Shown here: positions 43,016 through 51,676 of the stretch, piece by piece | Layout of the letters: each line of letters opens with the position of its first letter | How positions within the stretch are numbered: the stretch's first letter is position 1 | Virus record (IMG/VR): IMGVR_UViG_3300047392_000113 | Location: 119,152-170,832 of that record | DNA from: a virus | Lineage: Duplodnaviria > Heunggongvirae > Uroviricota > Caudoviricetes | Strand: one strand, 5' to 3' | Length of the DNA stretch: 51,681 nucleotides | Made by a program: the position numbers and the translations under genes | The notes under the pieces: model-generated | Told to the model about the DNA's origin: nothing | What the model saw: the letters and a program-made list of their open reading frames with translations, nothing else | Database searches by the model: none

Positions 43016-43052
43016 TTGTCTTGCAAGATTCTTTAGTGTATAATATACCTAA
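43016..43052 (+). promoter_or_regulatory. sigma70 promoter
   Basis: TTGTCT-N17-TATAAT. Confidence 0.7.
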
Positions 43053-43063
43053 AGGAGCTTGAG

Positions 43064-43246
43064 ATGAAATGTTGTAATGATAACTGCAGGCAGGGTCGTG
43101 ATTGCCCACATCGCACATCCATACTGGACAATCCAAAGTTCATTATGATATGTGCGATTTTCATTGCACCATTTTTGATATTGTGGACACTGGTTCGTCA
43201 TCCGATACTTTGTTATCGAATCTGGAAGAATAAAGATATTTTATGA
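43064..43246 (+). CDS. Small membrane protein with an N-terminal Cys motif
   Basis: AAGGAG RBS; CCNDNCRQGRDCP. Confidence 0.65.
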   Translation: MKCCNDNCRQGRDCPHRTSILDNPKFIMICAIFIAPFLILWTLVRHPILCYRIWKNKDIL

Positions 43247-43713
43247 ATTACTTGTACGTGTTAGTTGGAGTGCCAGCATCTGGTAAGTCCACTTGGATTA
43301 AGAACCAAGTCTGGGCTAAAGATATCCCAGTTGTATCCACCGATAGATTTGTCGAAGAATATGCTAAAGAGCAAGGTAAAACTTACTCTGAAGTATTCCA
43401 AGAGTATATGCCCATCGCTGTTAAATTGATGGCGAACCAAGCATTGATCTGTCAGGCTAACAAGAAAGATATTATCTGGGATCAAACCAGTACTACTATT
43501 GCAACTCGTGCGAAAAAGATTCGTATGTTGCCAGAGTACTACAAGATTGCAGTTGTTATGAAGACTCCACCAACAGCTGTGTTAGAACAGCGTCTTGCTT
43601 CTCGTCCAGGAAAAAACATTCCATGGGAAGTTGTATCAAATATGGCTCAACAATTAGAAGCAGAGCCACCAACATTAGAAGAGGGATTCAATGAAATCTG
43701 GTACGCTCAATGA
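43243..43713 (+). CDS. P-loop kinase (polynucleotide-kinase-like, AAA_33)
   Basis: GVPASGKST, VSTD, WDQT, R...R. Confidence 0.85.
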   Translation: MNYLYVLVGVPASGKSTWIKNQVWAKDIPVVSTDRFVEEYAKEQGKTYSEVFQEYMPIAVKLMANQALICQANKKDIIWDQTSTTIATRAKKIRMLPEYYKIAVVMKTPPTAVLEQRLASRPGKNIPWEVVSNMAQQLEAEPPTLEEGFNEIWYAQ

Positions 43714-43870
43714 AGTATGTATAATGTGTGGTAAACCTGCTGACTGGATTCGTTCTACTCAGTTTGCTGGTGACCACCCATTCTGTGAACAACATGCCAA
43801 AAAAGAAGATGATTTTGGTGTCAATGACTCTTATGAGTATTGGTACAACATAGAAGATAAGGAGAAGTAA
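43691..43870 (+). CDS. Small zinc-finger protein, not in ORF track
   Basis: CIMCGKPA...HPFCEQHA. Confidence 0.6.
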   Translation: MKSGTLNEVCIMCGKPADWIRSTQFAGDHPFCEQHAKKEDDFGVNDSYEYWYNIEDKEK

Positions 43871-43949
43871 ATGGTTATTGTATGTATGTTAGTGGTGCTG
43901 GCTTTATTGGTCGGTTGGTTTTTGTGGGCAGTAACTCAGTGTAATCCAG

Positions 43950-44165
43950 ATGACGAACAAGATTAATAGTATTTACTTACACAGAGATGATCTGAAAACT
44001 ATATTGCAATTCTTGGATTCATTTCCAGATCGTGATGTAGTAGAAGTTACTAGTGATACATCTAGTGGTATTGGTGCAATTATCAAAGCTAGTGTTATTG
44101 GTTCTACTGTTAATGGTCATGTCGTTACTGTAACAAAAGATATTGTAGACGAGAGCAGCTGGTAA
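43950..44165 (+). CDS. Hypothetical protein
   Basis: ORF in a coupled run. Confidence 0.6.
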   Translation: MTNKINSIYLHRDDLKTILQFLDSFPDRDVVEVTSDTSSGIGAIIKASVIGSTVNGHVVTVTKDIVDESSW

Positions 44166-44461
44166 TGTTTACAAAACCAGATTTTAAAATCTATGACTAT
44201 ACCATCGGTGGAAAGATGGTGGTTGGTCGTGCATCGATGGAACATTCCTACGCTGTACAGATGAATACAGATTTTGACTTCCGTGATGAAGTAAAAAAGA
44301 AATTGATTATGGATATGGCTCAGTGCATCTTAGAGAACAATCTTGTGGAGTTTACTCAGTACGATGATCCATTGACAGGAACTAAAAATATCGCAGTCCG
44401 TGCTTATCTCGCACCCAATGACCAAGTAAAGATCCTGCGATTAGCCAATAAGATTGTATGA
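44165..44461 (+). CDS. Hypothetical protein
   Basis: TAATG-coupled. Confidence 0.65.
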   Translation: MFTKPDFKIYDYTIGGKMVVGRASMEHSYAVQMNTDFDFRDEVKKKLIMDMAQCILENNLVEFTQYDDPLTGTKNIAVRAYLAPNDQVKILRLANKIV

Positions 44462-44733
44462 AGACGTTTGTTATTGCTGGTACTTACGAACAGGGAATGC
44501 TCTGGGTTAAACAAAACATAACCGAAGTTGCAATCAAGTACGGTGAATGGAGATCGATGTTGGATTATATTATCGTCAAGGATGCGATTAGCCTAAAAGG
44601 ACATAGTGATCCGCATGGATTGTTTGTTGGTACTTGGCGTGAACGTAAAGACATTAAAGATATCGTCCAATCATTGATGATACAATCTACCCATCCTAAT
44701 CCAGCGTTGGGTGAAATTTGGAAAGAACTATGA
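44458..44733 (+). CDS. Hypothetical protein
   Basis: ATGA-coupled. Confidence 0.65.
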   Translation: MKTFVIAGTYEQGMLWVKQNITEVAIKYGEWRSMLDYIIVKDAISLKGHSDPHGLFVGTWRERKDIKDIVQSLMIQSTHPNPALGEIWKEL

Positions 44734-44966
44734 AGTATTACACAATTGCATTTCCAGGAGAATTCGGACAGCATGTCGTTGAGACTTGGAGTGAGAAACA
44801 AATTTTAGACTCGTACTATCCTTACTGGTGTGGTATGATGGTTCAGAACGTTGCTGCGCCAGACCTAGATCCAAAGCGTTGCATTGATGATTGGTGCGCA
44901 GTGCACTGGGCAGTAGAAACAGATCAATGGGGAAATAAGAATGTTCAACCTAGTCAAGAAGCCTGA
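44730..44966 (+). CDS. Hypothetical Trp-rich protein
   Basis: ATGA-coupled. Confidence 0.65.
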   Translation: MKYYTIAFPGEFGQHVVETWSEKQILDSYYPYWCGMMVQNVAAPDLDPKRCIDDWCAVHWAVETDQWGNKNVQPSQEA

Positions 44967-45216
44967 TGTAGTCCAAGAACGTGCTCGTCTGCTAGAGCAG
45001 ATGGATCTGGAAGAACTAATGGTCTATATGATTCGTTATGGTAAGCCAAGAGTCAGTTATCTGGATGGTGGTTGGTACTGTAAGGTCGAGATGAATACCA
45101 ACACAAAGGGTACGCAGTTTGATGTGGCAAGTGAGTTTAATCAACCAACTCCACTCCATGCTGCACGTATGTGTAATGAGCGCATTGAAAATGCAATGAA
45201 AGCATTGGGTGTATGA
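44941..45216 (+). CDS. Hypothetical protein
   Basis: ORF in a coupled run. Confidence 0.65.
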   Translation: MFNLVKKPDVVQERARLLEQMDLEELMVYMIRYGKPRVSYLDGGWYCKVEMNTNTKGTQFDVASEFNQPTPLHAARMCNERIENAMKALGV

Positions 45217-45587
45217 AAGTAACCGAAGATCAGTTTAGATACGAATGGTTCAGTGGAACTGGTGGCGGTGGACAACATCGTAACAAGCACCAGAACTGCT
45301 GCCGTTGTATCCATGAGCCAACTGGAATTGTAGCCACTGGACAGACCAGTCGCAGTCGTGATGAGAACAAGCAGAATGCTTACATTAACTGCTTGTCCCG
45401 TGTTCGTGCACACTTTCACAAGGATAAAGAACGATTCTTGGCTGGTAGTGAACGAATCCGTACCTACCATGAGCCAGACAATCGAGTAACAGACCATGCA
45501 TCTGGAATGCAAGATACCTATACTAACGTAATCGTTAAGGGTAATGTGGATCAGATGATCGAAGCAAGAGCAAAGGTAACAAGATGA
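45213..45587 (+). CDS. Stand-alone GGQ peptidyl-tRNA hydrolase domain (RF-1/PrfH/ArfB-like)
   Basis: FSGTGGGGQHRNK, HEPTG, RSRDENK, RIRTY. Confidence 0.88.
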   Translation: MKVTEDQFRYEWFSGTGGGGQHRNKHQNCCRCIHEPTGIVATGQTSRSRDENKQNAYINCLSRVRAHFHKDKERFLAGSERIRTYHEPDNRVTDHASGMQDTYTNVIVKGNVDQMIEARAKVTR

Positions 45588-45895
45588 CCAATGAAGAACT
45601 AATCAAATTCCTACAGGATCGAATCGAACATCTGGATGAGATGCTAGTGCAGTCCATGGAGATGAATCGTAAGCTAATGGAAAGACTCGGAGATCGTCCG
45701 ATTACATCACTACCTTATCCTCTTCCACAACCAGTTACTGTGCCGTTTCCATATGATCCATCGACTCCGTATGGTCCAATTGCAAAAAACTGCGCCAAGT
45801 GTGGTCTTAAGCTAGAAGGTGTAATGGGTTACGTTTGTACACAACCACAGTGTCCAACTGGACTGGGAGGAGCATGGTGTGGAACACAGACCTAA
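45584..45895 (+). CDS. Hypothetical protein with a C-terminal Cys cluster
   Basis: CAKCG...MGYVC...CPTGLG. Confidence 0.65.
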   Translation: MTNEELIKFLQDRIEHLDEMLVQSMEMNRKLMERLGDRPITSLPYPLPQPVTVPFPYDPSTPYGPIAKNCAKCGLKLEGVMGYVCTQPQCPTGLGGAWCGTQT

Positions 45896-46049
45896 TTTAC
45901 CAGAGTGGATCGACCAGATCGATGAGGGTGGCTATCGAGAAGTTAGTCTGGTGACTCCAGAGTTCTTGGAGCAACAAGCAAAGTATCAAGCACTCTGGGA
46001 TAAGTTAAAAACCGAGTGGGACAATTGGAAACCAATAAAGGATTTATAA
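45879..46049 (+). CDS. Hypothetical protein (56 aa), not in ORF track
   Basis: GGAGG RBS, GTG start, TAATG coupling downstream. Confidence 0.55.
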   Translation: MEHRPNLPEWIDQIDEGGYREVSLVTPEFLEQQAKYQALWDKLKTEWDNWKPIKDL

Positions 46050-46576
46050 TGAGTTTAGAATCACATGCGCTAACAGAATTCCGTGCAGCTGGCTGGATGG
46101 ACGAGAACGGTAAGTTTAACGATGATATGCAAGAATTGCTTTGTAAGCAACTCATGGAGTTATTGAACCTATTTGCAGCGCATGGTCACTCTGGTACGAC
46201 TGCTCCTTATGCACTACGTTTATTCGATCGTCTTGCAAAGTTCGAACCACTAGTCCCACTAACTGGTGAAGACTGGGAGTGGGTTGATCATGGGCATACT
46301 AAACAAAACAAGCGTTGCTCCACTGTGTTTAAAGATCCAGACGGTAATGTTTACGATATCGATGGTCGAGTGTTTTGGGAGTGGCAGTCTCGTCCATTGG
46401 ATAGTGACGAAGCAGGATATCCAGGAAATCGAGTCTACAAGTCTTACTACACCAACAGTGGTTCACGTGTACCTGTGACCTTTCCTTACACTAAACCCCA
46501 GAAACCCGAATACGTGTATCGATACTCGGATGCCCATCCACCTGCACCACCACAAACCGAAAGGGGATTGCTATGA
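46049..46576 (+). CDS. Conserved phage hypothetical protein
   Basis: GHSG.TA, PLTGEDWEW, QNKRCS.VFKD, YDIDG. Confidence 0.75.
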   Translation: MSLESHALTEFRAAGWMDENGKFNDDMQELLCKQLMELLNLFAAHGHSGTTAPYALRLFDRLAKFEPLVPLTGEDWEWVDHGHTKQNKRCSTVFKDPDGNVYDIDGRVFWEWQSRPLDSDEAGYPGNRVYKSYYTNSGSRVPVTFPYTKPQKPEYVYRYSDAHPPAPPQTERGLL

Positions 46577-46878
46577 TGGACTATCATGAAGCCATTCGAG
46601 AGATGCACAAGGGCAGGGTGGTCAAATACGTTGGAACAGTTAACGGTAATGTAATGACTGATCGGGGCTGGAGTTGGTGTATGTGCCGTGGTTGTATATT
46701 TCCATATAACGGTGAGCCACTTTGGAATATGGGCGGTCGTATGGTTTATGATCCAGACTTCCGATATGTGCTAACTGGAGAAACAGTTGATCCCCGTGCA
46801 TGGCGACCAGAAGATAGAGATCGCAAAGAGATTAAAAGCCGACTTGGATACTCTAGAATAGGATTAGGTAACGTATGA
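46573..46878 (+). CDS. Hypothetical protein
   Basis: ATGA-coupled. Confidence 0.65.
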   Translation: MMDYHEAIREMHKGRVVKYVGTVNGNVMTDRGWSWCMCRGCIFPYNGEPLWNMGGRMVYDPDFRYVLTGETVDPRAWRPEDRDRKEIKSRLGYSRIGLGNV

Positions 46879-47219
46879 TGCAATATAATCAATACAGAAT
46901 TGCAAAGCGAGACGGTGAGATCATCCAACAAACCCGTACCGTTACATCCACTACTAAAAACAAGTGGTACAAGCCATGGTTATTTACCGTTCAACGTGAG
47001 TACAGTGAGTGGGTGGATCTACCAATTGTAGAGTTATACACATTCCGTGTAGGAGATCGAGTACAGGTACTACAGACTGCTGGATTCCATCGTGGAGCAA
47101 TGGGAGAAATAGTCTTTATCGAACCAATGGGCAAGTGCTGGGTGATCCGAGATAACTCTGGTTCACCAGTCTACTACCATCCTGAAGAACTAACCTTAAT
47201 CTGGAGACGACCAAAATGA
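46875..47219 (+). CDS. Hypothetical protein with a C-terminal SH3/KOW-like segment
   Basis: FRVGDRVQV...GEIV. Confidence 0.6.
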   Translation: MMQYNQYRIAKRDGEIIQQTRTVTSTTKNKWYKPWLFTVQREYSEWVDLPIVELYTFRVGDRVQVLQTAGFHRGAMGEIVFIEPMGKCWVIRDNSGSPVYYHPEELTLIWRRPK

Positions 47220-47563
47220 AAACAATTATTGCAGGTGGTCGCACCATTACTGATTACGATCTAGTGTGTCGTGCTGTACAGGACAGTGGTTTCACTATTA
47301 CTGAAGTTGTCTCTGGGTTAGCTCCAGGAGTAGATACCCTAGCCATAGATTGGGCTGAAGAACATAATATTCCAAGGATAGGGTTTCCAGCTGATTGGAA
47401 CACCCATGGTCGTGCAGCTGGTCCAATTCGTAACAGACAAATGGCTGAGTACGGAGATGCTCTAATAGCTATCTGGGATGGAGAATCCCGTGGTACAAAG
47501 AATATGATCGAAGAAGCAACCAAACGAGGACTAAAAGTCTACGTGCACCGTACAGATGTATGA
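47216..47563 (+). CDS. SLOG-family protein (YspA/DUF2493-like)
   Basis: IIAGGR, SGLAPGVD, ADW..HG.AAGPIRN, WDGESRGT. Confidence 0.88.
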   Translation: MKTIIAGGRTITDYDLVCRAVQDSGFTITEVVSGLAPGVDTLAIDWAEEHNIPRIGFPADWNTHGRAAGPIRNRQMAEYGDALIAIWDGESRGTKNMIEEATKRGLKVYVHRTDV

Positions 47564-47697
47564 ATAAGTGGGAGATCGTCCTAATAACCTATGATAGTCT
47601 GCTGTTCTTGGCGTGTCTGGTAGTCTGGTGGCGTCTATTTAGGCGTGGCTCTCGTAGTCGGCTAAATAAGGACTAATCGTGGTTATGAAGATAAAAC

Positions 47698-47985
47698 ATG
47701 GCGTATAAAGAAAAAGAATGTGCTAAGTGTGGCACGAAACACACCAAGCGTGGTCTGTACTGTTCCCGCTCTTGTGGCAATAGTCGTCCTATGCCAGAAT
47801 ACCAGAAGCAAACTATGTCCGAAGTCAAGCGTGAATGGGCTCACACGACTGATGCTGGTGAAGAATCCCGTTGGCGTATCAATAACTACACTGAGGAAGA
47901 ACTGCCCACTCCCATTAAAGATATGTCCACCATCGAGTCCAATCAGTTTGTGGAAGATGGTGACCTCTGGACTAAGTGCGATTAG
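47698..47985 (+). CDS. Small zinc-finger protein (TAG stop)
   Basis: CAKCG...YCSRSCGN; CTAAATA at 47662. Confidence 0.65.
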   Translation: MAYKEKECAKCGTKHTKRGLYCSRSCGNSRPMPEYQKQTMSEVKREWAHTTDAGEESRWRINNYTEEELPTPIKDMSTIESNQFVEDGDLWTKCD

Positions 47986-47992
47986 TGCACCA

Positions 47993-48090
47993 GTATGTGC
48001 GACACCTATGTCCGAATCTGTGCGGGACTATGTGCGAAACTTTGTGCGCTACGTGTGTGAGCCTAGGTGCGTGGCGTGTGCAATATTGCA
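47993..48090 (+). repeat. Array of TGTGCG-like direct repeats
   Basis: tatgtgcgac, tctgtgcggg, tatgtgcgaa, tttgtgcgct, cgtgtgtgag, aggtgcgtgg, cgtgtgcaat. Confidence 0.6.
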
Positions 48091-48098
48091 AAAAAGAC

Positions 48099-48127
48099 TT
48101 GACTTGGACTTGACTTTGGTGTAGAAT
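48099..48127 (+). promoter_or_regulatory. sigma70 promoter
   Basis: TTGACT-N17-TAGAAT. Confidence 0.8.
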
Positions 48128-48140
48128 AACGGAGTAATGG

Positions 48141-48308
48141 ATGATTATGGACAAGAGTATAGTAGTAAGAATCACCGATGAATTCCATACCGTATGGGAG
48201 TATGCCTCTGTGGACGAGGATGAGGTAATTACTATAGTCTCCGACTGGATTAGGAGTCGCCATGAGACACCCATCTATGACATCTCCATCAATCTAAATC
48301 CCCAGTAA
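48141..48308 (+). CDS. Hypothetical protein (55 aa), not in ORF track
   Basis: GGAG RBS; MIMDKSIVVRITDEFHTVWEY... Confidence 0.55.
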   Translation: MIMDKSIVVRITDEFHTVWEYASVDEDEVITIVSDWIRSRHETPIYDISINLNPQ

Positions 48309-48351
48309 GTAAGTACTCGCTTACTTTTTTTGGTAAGTAAGCGCTTACTAA

Positions 48352-48450
48352 CCGATTGTCGTCTTCAATCGGTTTCTCCAACCCCATTGATGAATTCAAT
48401 CGTGGGGTATCGATTGTCTCTCTCAATCGGTTCCGATAACCCCATTGAAA
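48352..48450. repeat. Imperfect direct repeat in a non-coding block
   Basis: CGATTGTC..TCAATCGGTT...AACCCCATTGA at about 48353-48390 and 48411-48449. Confidence 0.7.
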
Positions 48451-48700
48451 ATAAGTTATTGTCGCCCATTGCAATTTGCGGTATGATAATGGGTGGAGGG
48501 GCGGGAATAGATTTTTATTTGCTTCCTGCAAATTCCAGACAGGCAGGCTCCACGTCCACCCCAGTCTCGCTTTCGAATGAACCTATTCTACTACAATGGT
48601 GGAGATAGACAACAACTACTTGGAAGACCCCACGGACTAGTAGGGAATCTGCCCAGTGGGTTTGACTCATGGTATAATCTTCTTTTTACAGGAGAAAACT

Positions 48701-48847
48701 ATGTTTGAAGTCACGGACGAGTCGGGTAATACTTTCGTTTTCGATAATTTTGAGGAAATTTCACATTTTTTCAACGAGTGTGTGTGGGCGGTCGGCGCTG
48801 AGGACGCTCAAATTTCCGTGAAATTCGCTAATCCCCTCAACGACTGA
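48701..48847 (+). CDS. Small early-type hypothetical protein
   Basis: AGGAG RBS; extended -10 TGgTATAAT at 48670-48678. Confidence 0.65.
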   Translation: MFEVTDESGNTFVFDNFEEISHFFNECVWAVGAEDAQISVKFANPLND

Positions 48848-48894
48848 GGGTTTTTAAAAAAGGGCTTGACCCTTTTGCAATTTTGCGACATAAT
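48833..48894 (+). promoter_or_regulatory. PeSL-like stem-loop plus promoter
   Basis: CCCTCA/TGAGGG; TTGACC(48866)-N17-CATAAT. Confidence 0.85.
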
Positions 48895-48921
48895 TCGTTA
48901 TCGTTGAATGAAAGATAAAAA

Positions 48922-49206
48922 ATGAAAATTTCTCGTCGTCTCCTCTCCTCGCTGACTTTCCGTCCCTTTACCAAAACCGACTACTACGGGTTTGCAGGCG
49001 TGTCAAGCCCAGTACCCCTAATCGCTGAAACCGATTCAATTTGCGTCATTATCGATGGCGATACCGCTGAGCTTTATCAGTTTGACGTTGATGGTACTTT
49101 TGATTGCGTTGATATTTGCGAAAATATCCGTGACTTGCCAAGCGAAACTGAAGTTGAAAATCGCATTGCTAAACTCAAGGCTGAACTAGCCCAATTGGAG
49201 GCGTAA
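48922..49206 (+). CDS. Early-type hypothetical protein
   Basis: Single gene within a promoter cassette. Confidence 0.7.
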   Translation: MKISRRLLSSLTFRPFTKTDYYGFAGVSSPVPLIAETDSICVIIDGDTAELYQFDVDGTFDCVDICENIRDLPSETEVENRIAKLKAELAQLEA

Positions 49207-49210
49207 GTCA

Positions 49211-49265
49211 AGCCCCCACGAAGAGTGGGGTTATCTGTTGACGGATCTGTAATTTACGGTAGAAT
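49211..49265 (+). promoter_or_regulatory. PeSL-like stem-loop plus promoter
   Basis: CCCCAC/GTGGGG; TTGACG(49238)-N16-TAGAAT. Confidence 0.8.
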
Positions 49266-49291
49266 AGACTCATACTTTGAAAGGGTACGAT

Positions 49292-49561
49292 ATGACGAAA
49301 AGTGAAATTCTGATGGCCAAGCTAAACAAGGCTGCTGAGCTGGTTGAACGTGCCAAACGTTGCGTTGAGTACGTGCTGGAAAACGATGAATCGGGTGACG
49401 GTGAGTCAGGTGGAAAATTTATGACTCTAGCCGATAAATTGATTGACTTGACCGATGATTTAGGCTATGAAATTGTGATGCCCATGCAGGTGGAAGAGGA
49501 AGAGCGAGAGGAAGAAATTGCCATCCTAGAAGAACGACTGGCTCAATTGCGTCGTCAATAA
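49292..49561 (+). CDS. Early-type acidic coiled-coil protein
   Basis: AAAGGG RBS. Confidence 0.7.
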   Translation: MTKSEILMAKLNKAAELVERAKRCVEYVLENDESGDGESGGKFMTLADKLIDLTDDLGYEIVMPMQVEEEEREEEIAILEERLAQLRRQ

Positions 49562-49622
49562 CCCTGCTGGCGCTGGGGTCATCCAGAAAGTGGTTGACGA
49601 AGTTGCAAGATTGATCCATAAT
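49560..49622 (+). promoter_or_regulatory. PeSL-like stem-loop plus promoter
   Basis: ACCC/GGGT hairpin; TTGACG(49594)-N17-CATAAT. Confidence 0.8.
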
Positions 49623-49647
49623 AGACCTTACTGAATCGGAGAACACT

Positions 49648-50382
49648 ATGAAACTACTGAGCACTGCGAATCCTAAGGTCTTAAAGGGTCAATCCCAAGG
49701 TTACAATACCTTCATCCTCCACCTGTCTCCAGCCAATGTATCTGGCTACGAAACCTGTGCCAAGCGCACTGCTGGATGTACTGCTGCTTGCTTGAACACT
49801 GCTGGCCATGGTGGTATGTTCAAGAAGGGAGAGACGACTAACGTGGTGCAAGAAGCACGTAAGACTCGCACTCGAGCATTCTTCGAGAATCGTAGTGTGT
49901 TCTTCGAGCAGCTGGTGCGTGAGATCAAGAATGCTATCAAGCTGTCGGCTAAGCAAGGGATGATCCCAGTCTTCCGTCTGAATGGCACTAGCGACTTGGC
50001 TTGGGAGAAGTACGAAGTCGTCGAAGGCAAAAACATCTTTCAACTGTTCCCTGAGGTACAATTCTATGACTACACTAAAATCCTTGGTCGCAAAGTTGCG
50101 CACATCCCTAACTATCACCTTACATTCTCCGCTGCTGACGGCAATGATGCGGATGTTCTGAAAGCCATCCAGCAAGGGATGAATGTGGCTACTGTGTTCG
50201 GTCTCAAGAAGACAGAGCCAATGCCTGAGTCGTACAATGGTCGAGTGGTGTTCAATGGAGACGAGAGTGACCTGCGATTCTTGGACCCACGTGGTGTGGT
50301 CGTTGGACTCTACGCTAAGGGTCGAGCCAAGAAGGATACATCTGGATTCGTCAAGATGATTCCAATAACCCCTGTAGTCTGA
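49648..50382 (+). CDS. GP88-like protein with a Cys triad (possible Fe-S / radical-SAM-like)
   Basis: CAKRTAGCTAAC, RLNGTSD, FYDYTK, YHLTFS, GDESDLRFLD. Confidence 0.75.
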   Translation: MKLLSTANPKVLKGQSQGYNTFILHLSPANVSGYETCAKRTAGCTAACLNTAGHGGMFKKGETTNVVQEARKTRTRAFFENRSVFFEQLVREIKNAIKLSAKQGMIPVFRLNGTSDLAWEKYEVVEGKNIFQLFPEVQFYDYTKILGRKVAHIPNYHLTFSAADGNDADVLKAIQQGMNVATVFGLKKTEPMPESYNGRVVFNGDESDLRFLDPRGVVVGLYAKGRAKKDTSGFVKMIPITPVV

Positions 50383-50428
50383 GGGGAATACAGATAGTTG
50401 TTGACTTTCTTGCAGACTGGAGTAGAAT
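50368..50428 (+). promoter_or_regulatory. PeSL-like stem-loop plus promoter
   Basis: CCCCT/AGGGG; TTGACT(50401)-N16-TAGAAT. Confidence 0.8.
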
Positions 50429-50460
50429 ATACTCTATTGATTCGATAACTAAGGATGATT

Positions 50461-51363
50461 ATGACACAAGTGACTGCTGTTTCTTTCGATGCCAAGAGTG
50501 GCAACTACATGGCTAAAGTGGGTGCCAAGACTATCAAGTCTTACTCCAAAGCCTATGTTGAACGCAAGGTCAAAGCCATGGTCGGCGACATCGAAGTGGC
50601 AGTTGCAGCAGCTGTTGAGAAGTCTAATCGATTCTCCATCGATGAGCGATTCTCCTTCGTCGAGAAACTGGTGACGATGGTTGCCACTGGTGTTCAGCCC
50701 TCTGCAGTCATTACTGGCAGTGGTGGTCTTGGCAAGACTTACACTGTCACTAAGACTCTGGAGTCCAATGGCTACAAGGACATCTCTGATCTGGCTGAAT
50801 TCCAAGTTGGCTCTGTCATTAACACTCGCAAGTGCTTTACCACTGTCAAGGGTTTCTCGACTGCCAAGGGTCTGTATCGTACCTTGTTCGAAAACCAGAA
50901 GTCGGTGATTGTGTTCGATGACTGCGATGCAGTGCTCAAGGATCCAGTGGCTCTGAACCTGCTCAAAGGTGCGTTGGACTCTTACGGCAAGCGCATCATC
51001 TCTTGGAATGCAGACATGCGTGACGAAGACTTGCCTCGTTCGTTCAACTTCGAAGGTCGAGTCATCTTCATCTCGAACATGGACCAGTCTCGTATCGACC
51101 AAGCCATCCGTAGTCGTTCGATGCTGATTGATCTCGAGATGACCCTCGACCAGAAGATTGACCGTATGGAAACCATCTCCAAGTCTGCTGAATTCCTGCC
51201 TGAGTATGACTCGAAGATCAAGCAAGATGCTCTGGCTCTGATTCGTGAAGTCAAAGATCAGTGTTCTGAGATCTCCCTCCGCACACTCATCTCTGTGGCT
51301 AAGATTCGTGCTTCGAATCCCAAAGACTTCAAGGATCTGGCCACTTACATTCTTACAAACTAA
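50461..51363 (+). CDS. AAA+ ATPase
   Basis: Walker A GSGGLGKT, Walker B VFDDCD, sensor-1 FISN, Arg finger AIRSR. Confidence 0.88.
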   Translation: MTQVTAVSFDAKSGNYMAKVGAKTIKSYSKAYVERKVKAMVGDIEVAVAAAVEKSNRFSIDERFSFVEKLVTMVATGVQPSAVITGSGGLGKTYTVTKTLESNGYKDISDLAEFQVGSVINTRKCFTTVKGFSTAKGLYRTLFENQKSVIVFDDCDAVLKDPVALNLLKGALDSYGKRIISWNADMRDEDLPRSFNFEGRVIFISNMDQSRIDQAIRSRSMLIDLEMTLDQKIDRMETISKSAEFLPEYDSKIKQDALALIREVKDQCSEISLRTLISVAKIRASNPKDFKDLATYILTN

Positions 51364-51379
51364 AGTGTTACTTTTTGGA

Positions 51380-51442
51380 AACCCTACACCTAGTAGGGTC
51401 TTCCAGAAACTTGTTGACGGATCTTGCAATCTGAGCCATAAT
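51380..51442 (+). promoter_or_regulatory. PeSL-like stem-loop plus promoter
   Basis: ACCCTAC/GTAGGGT; TTGACG(51414)-N17-CATAAT. Confidence 0.85.
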
Positions 51443-51469
51443 ATAGTCATAGTTTGAAAGGAAAGTGAA

Positions 51470-51676
51470 ATGAAAAAGATGACTTACTCCGAGATGCGTA
51501 CCGCAGTGTGTGATGTGACTGAAATGAGCAATGGCTACAACAATCGTGCTCACTACACCTTGGGTGCATTTAGTGTCCTGATTGCAGACATCGCTGCAGA
51601 CCTGCCTAAGCACAAGCAAGCCGAAGTGATTCGCCAGCTGGAATCTCTCAAGGCTCGACTGGCCACTATCGAATAA
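51470..51676 (+). CDS. Early-type hypothetical protein
   Basis: AAGGA RBS; followed by AACCCC, the start of the next hairpin. Confidence 0.7.
   Translation: MKKMTYSEMRTAVCDVTEMSNGYNNRAHYTLGAFSVLIADIAADLPKHKQAEVIRQLESLKARLATIE

Noticed and set aside
50449-51450. 333-aa minus-strand ORF (and similar shadows such as 5505-6263, 31351-32022, 31986-32633)
   Set aside because: Antisense shadows of well-supported plus-strand genes, with no motifs or RBS
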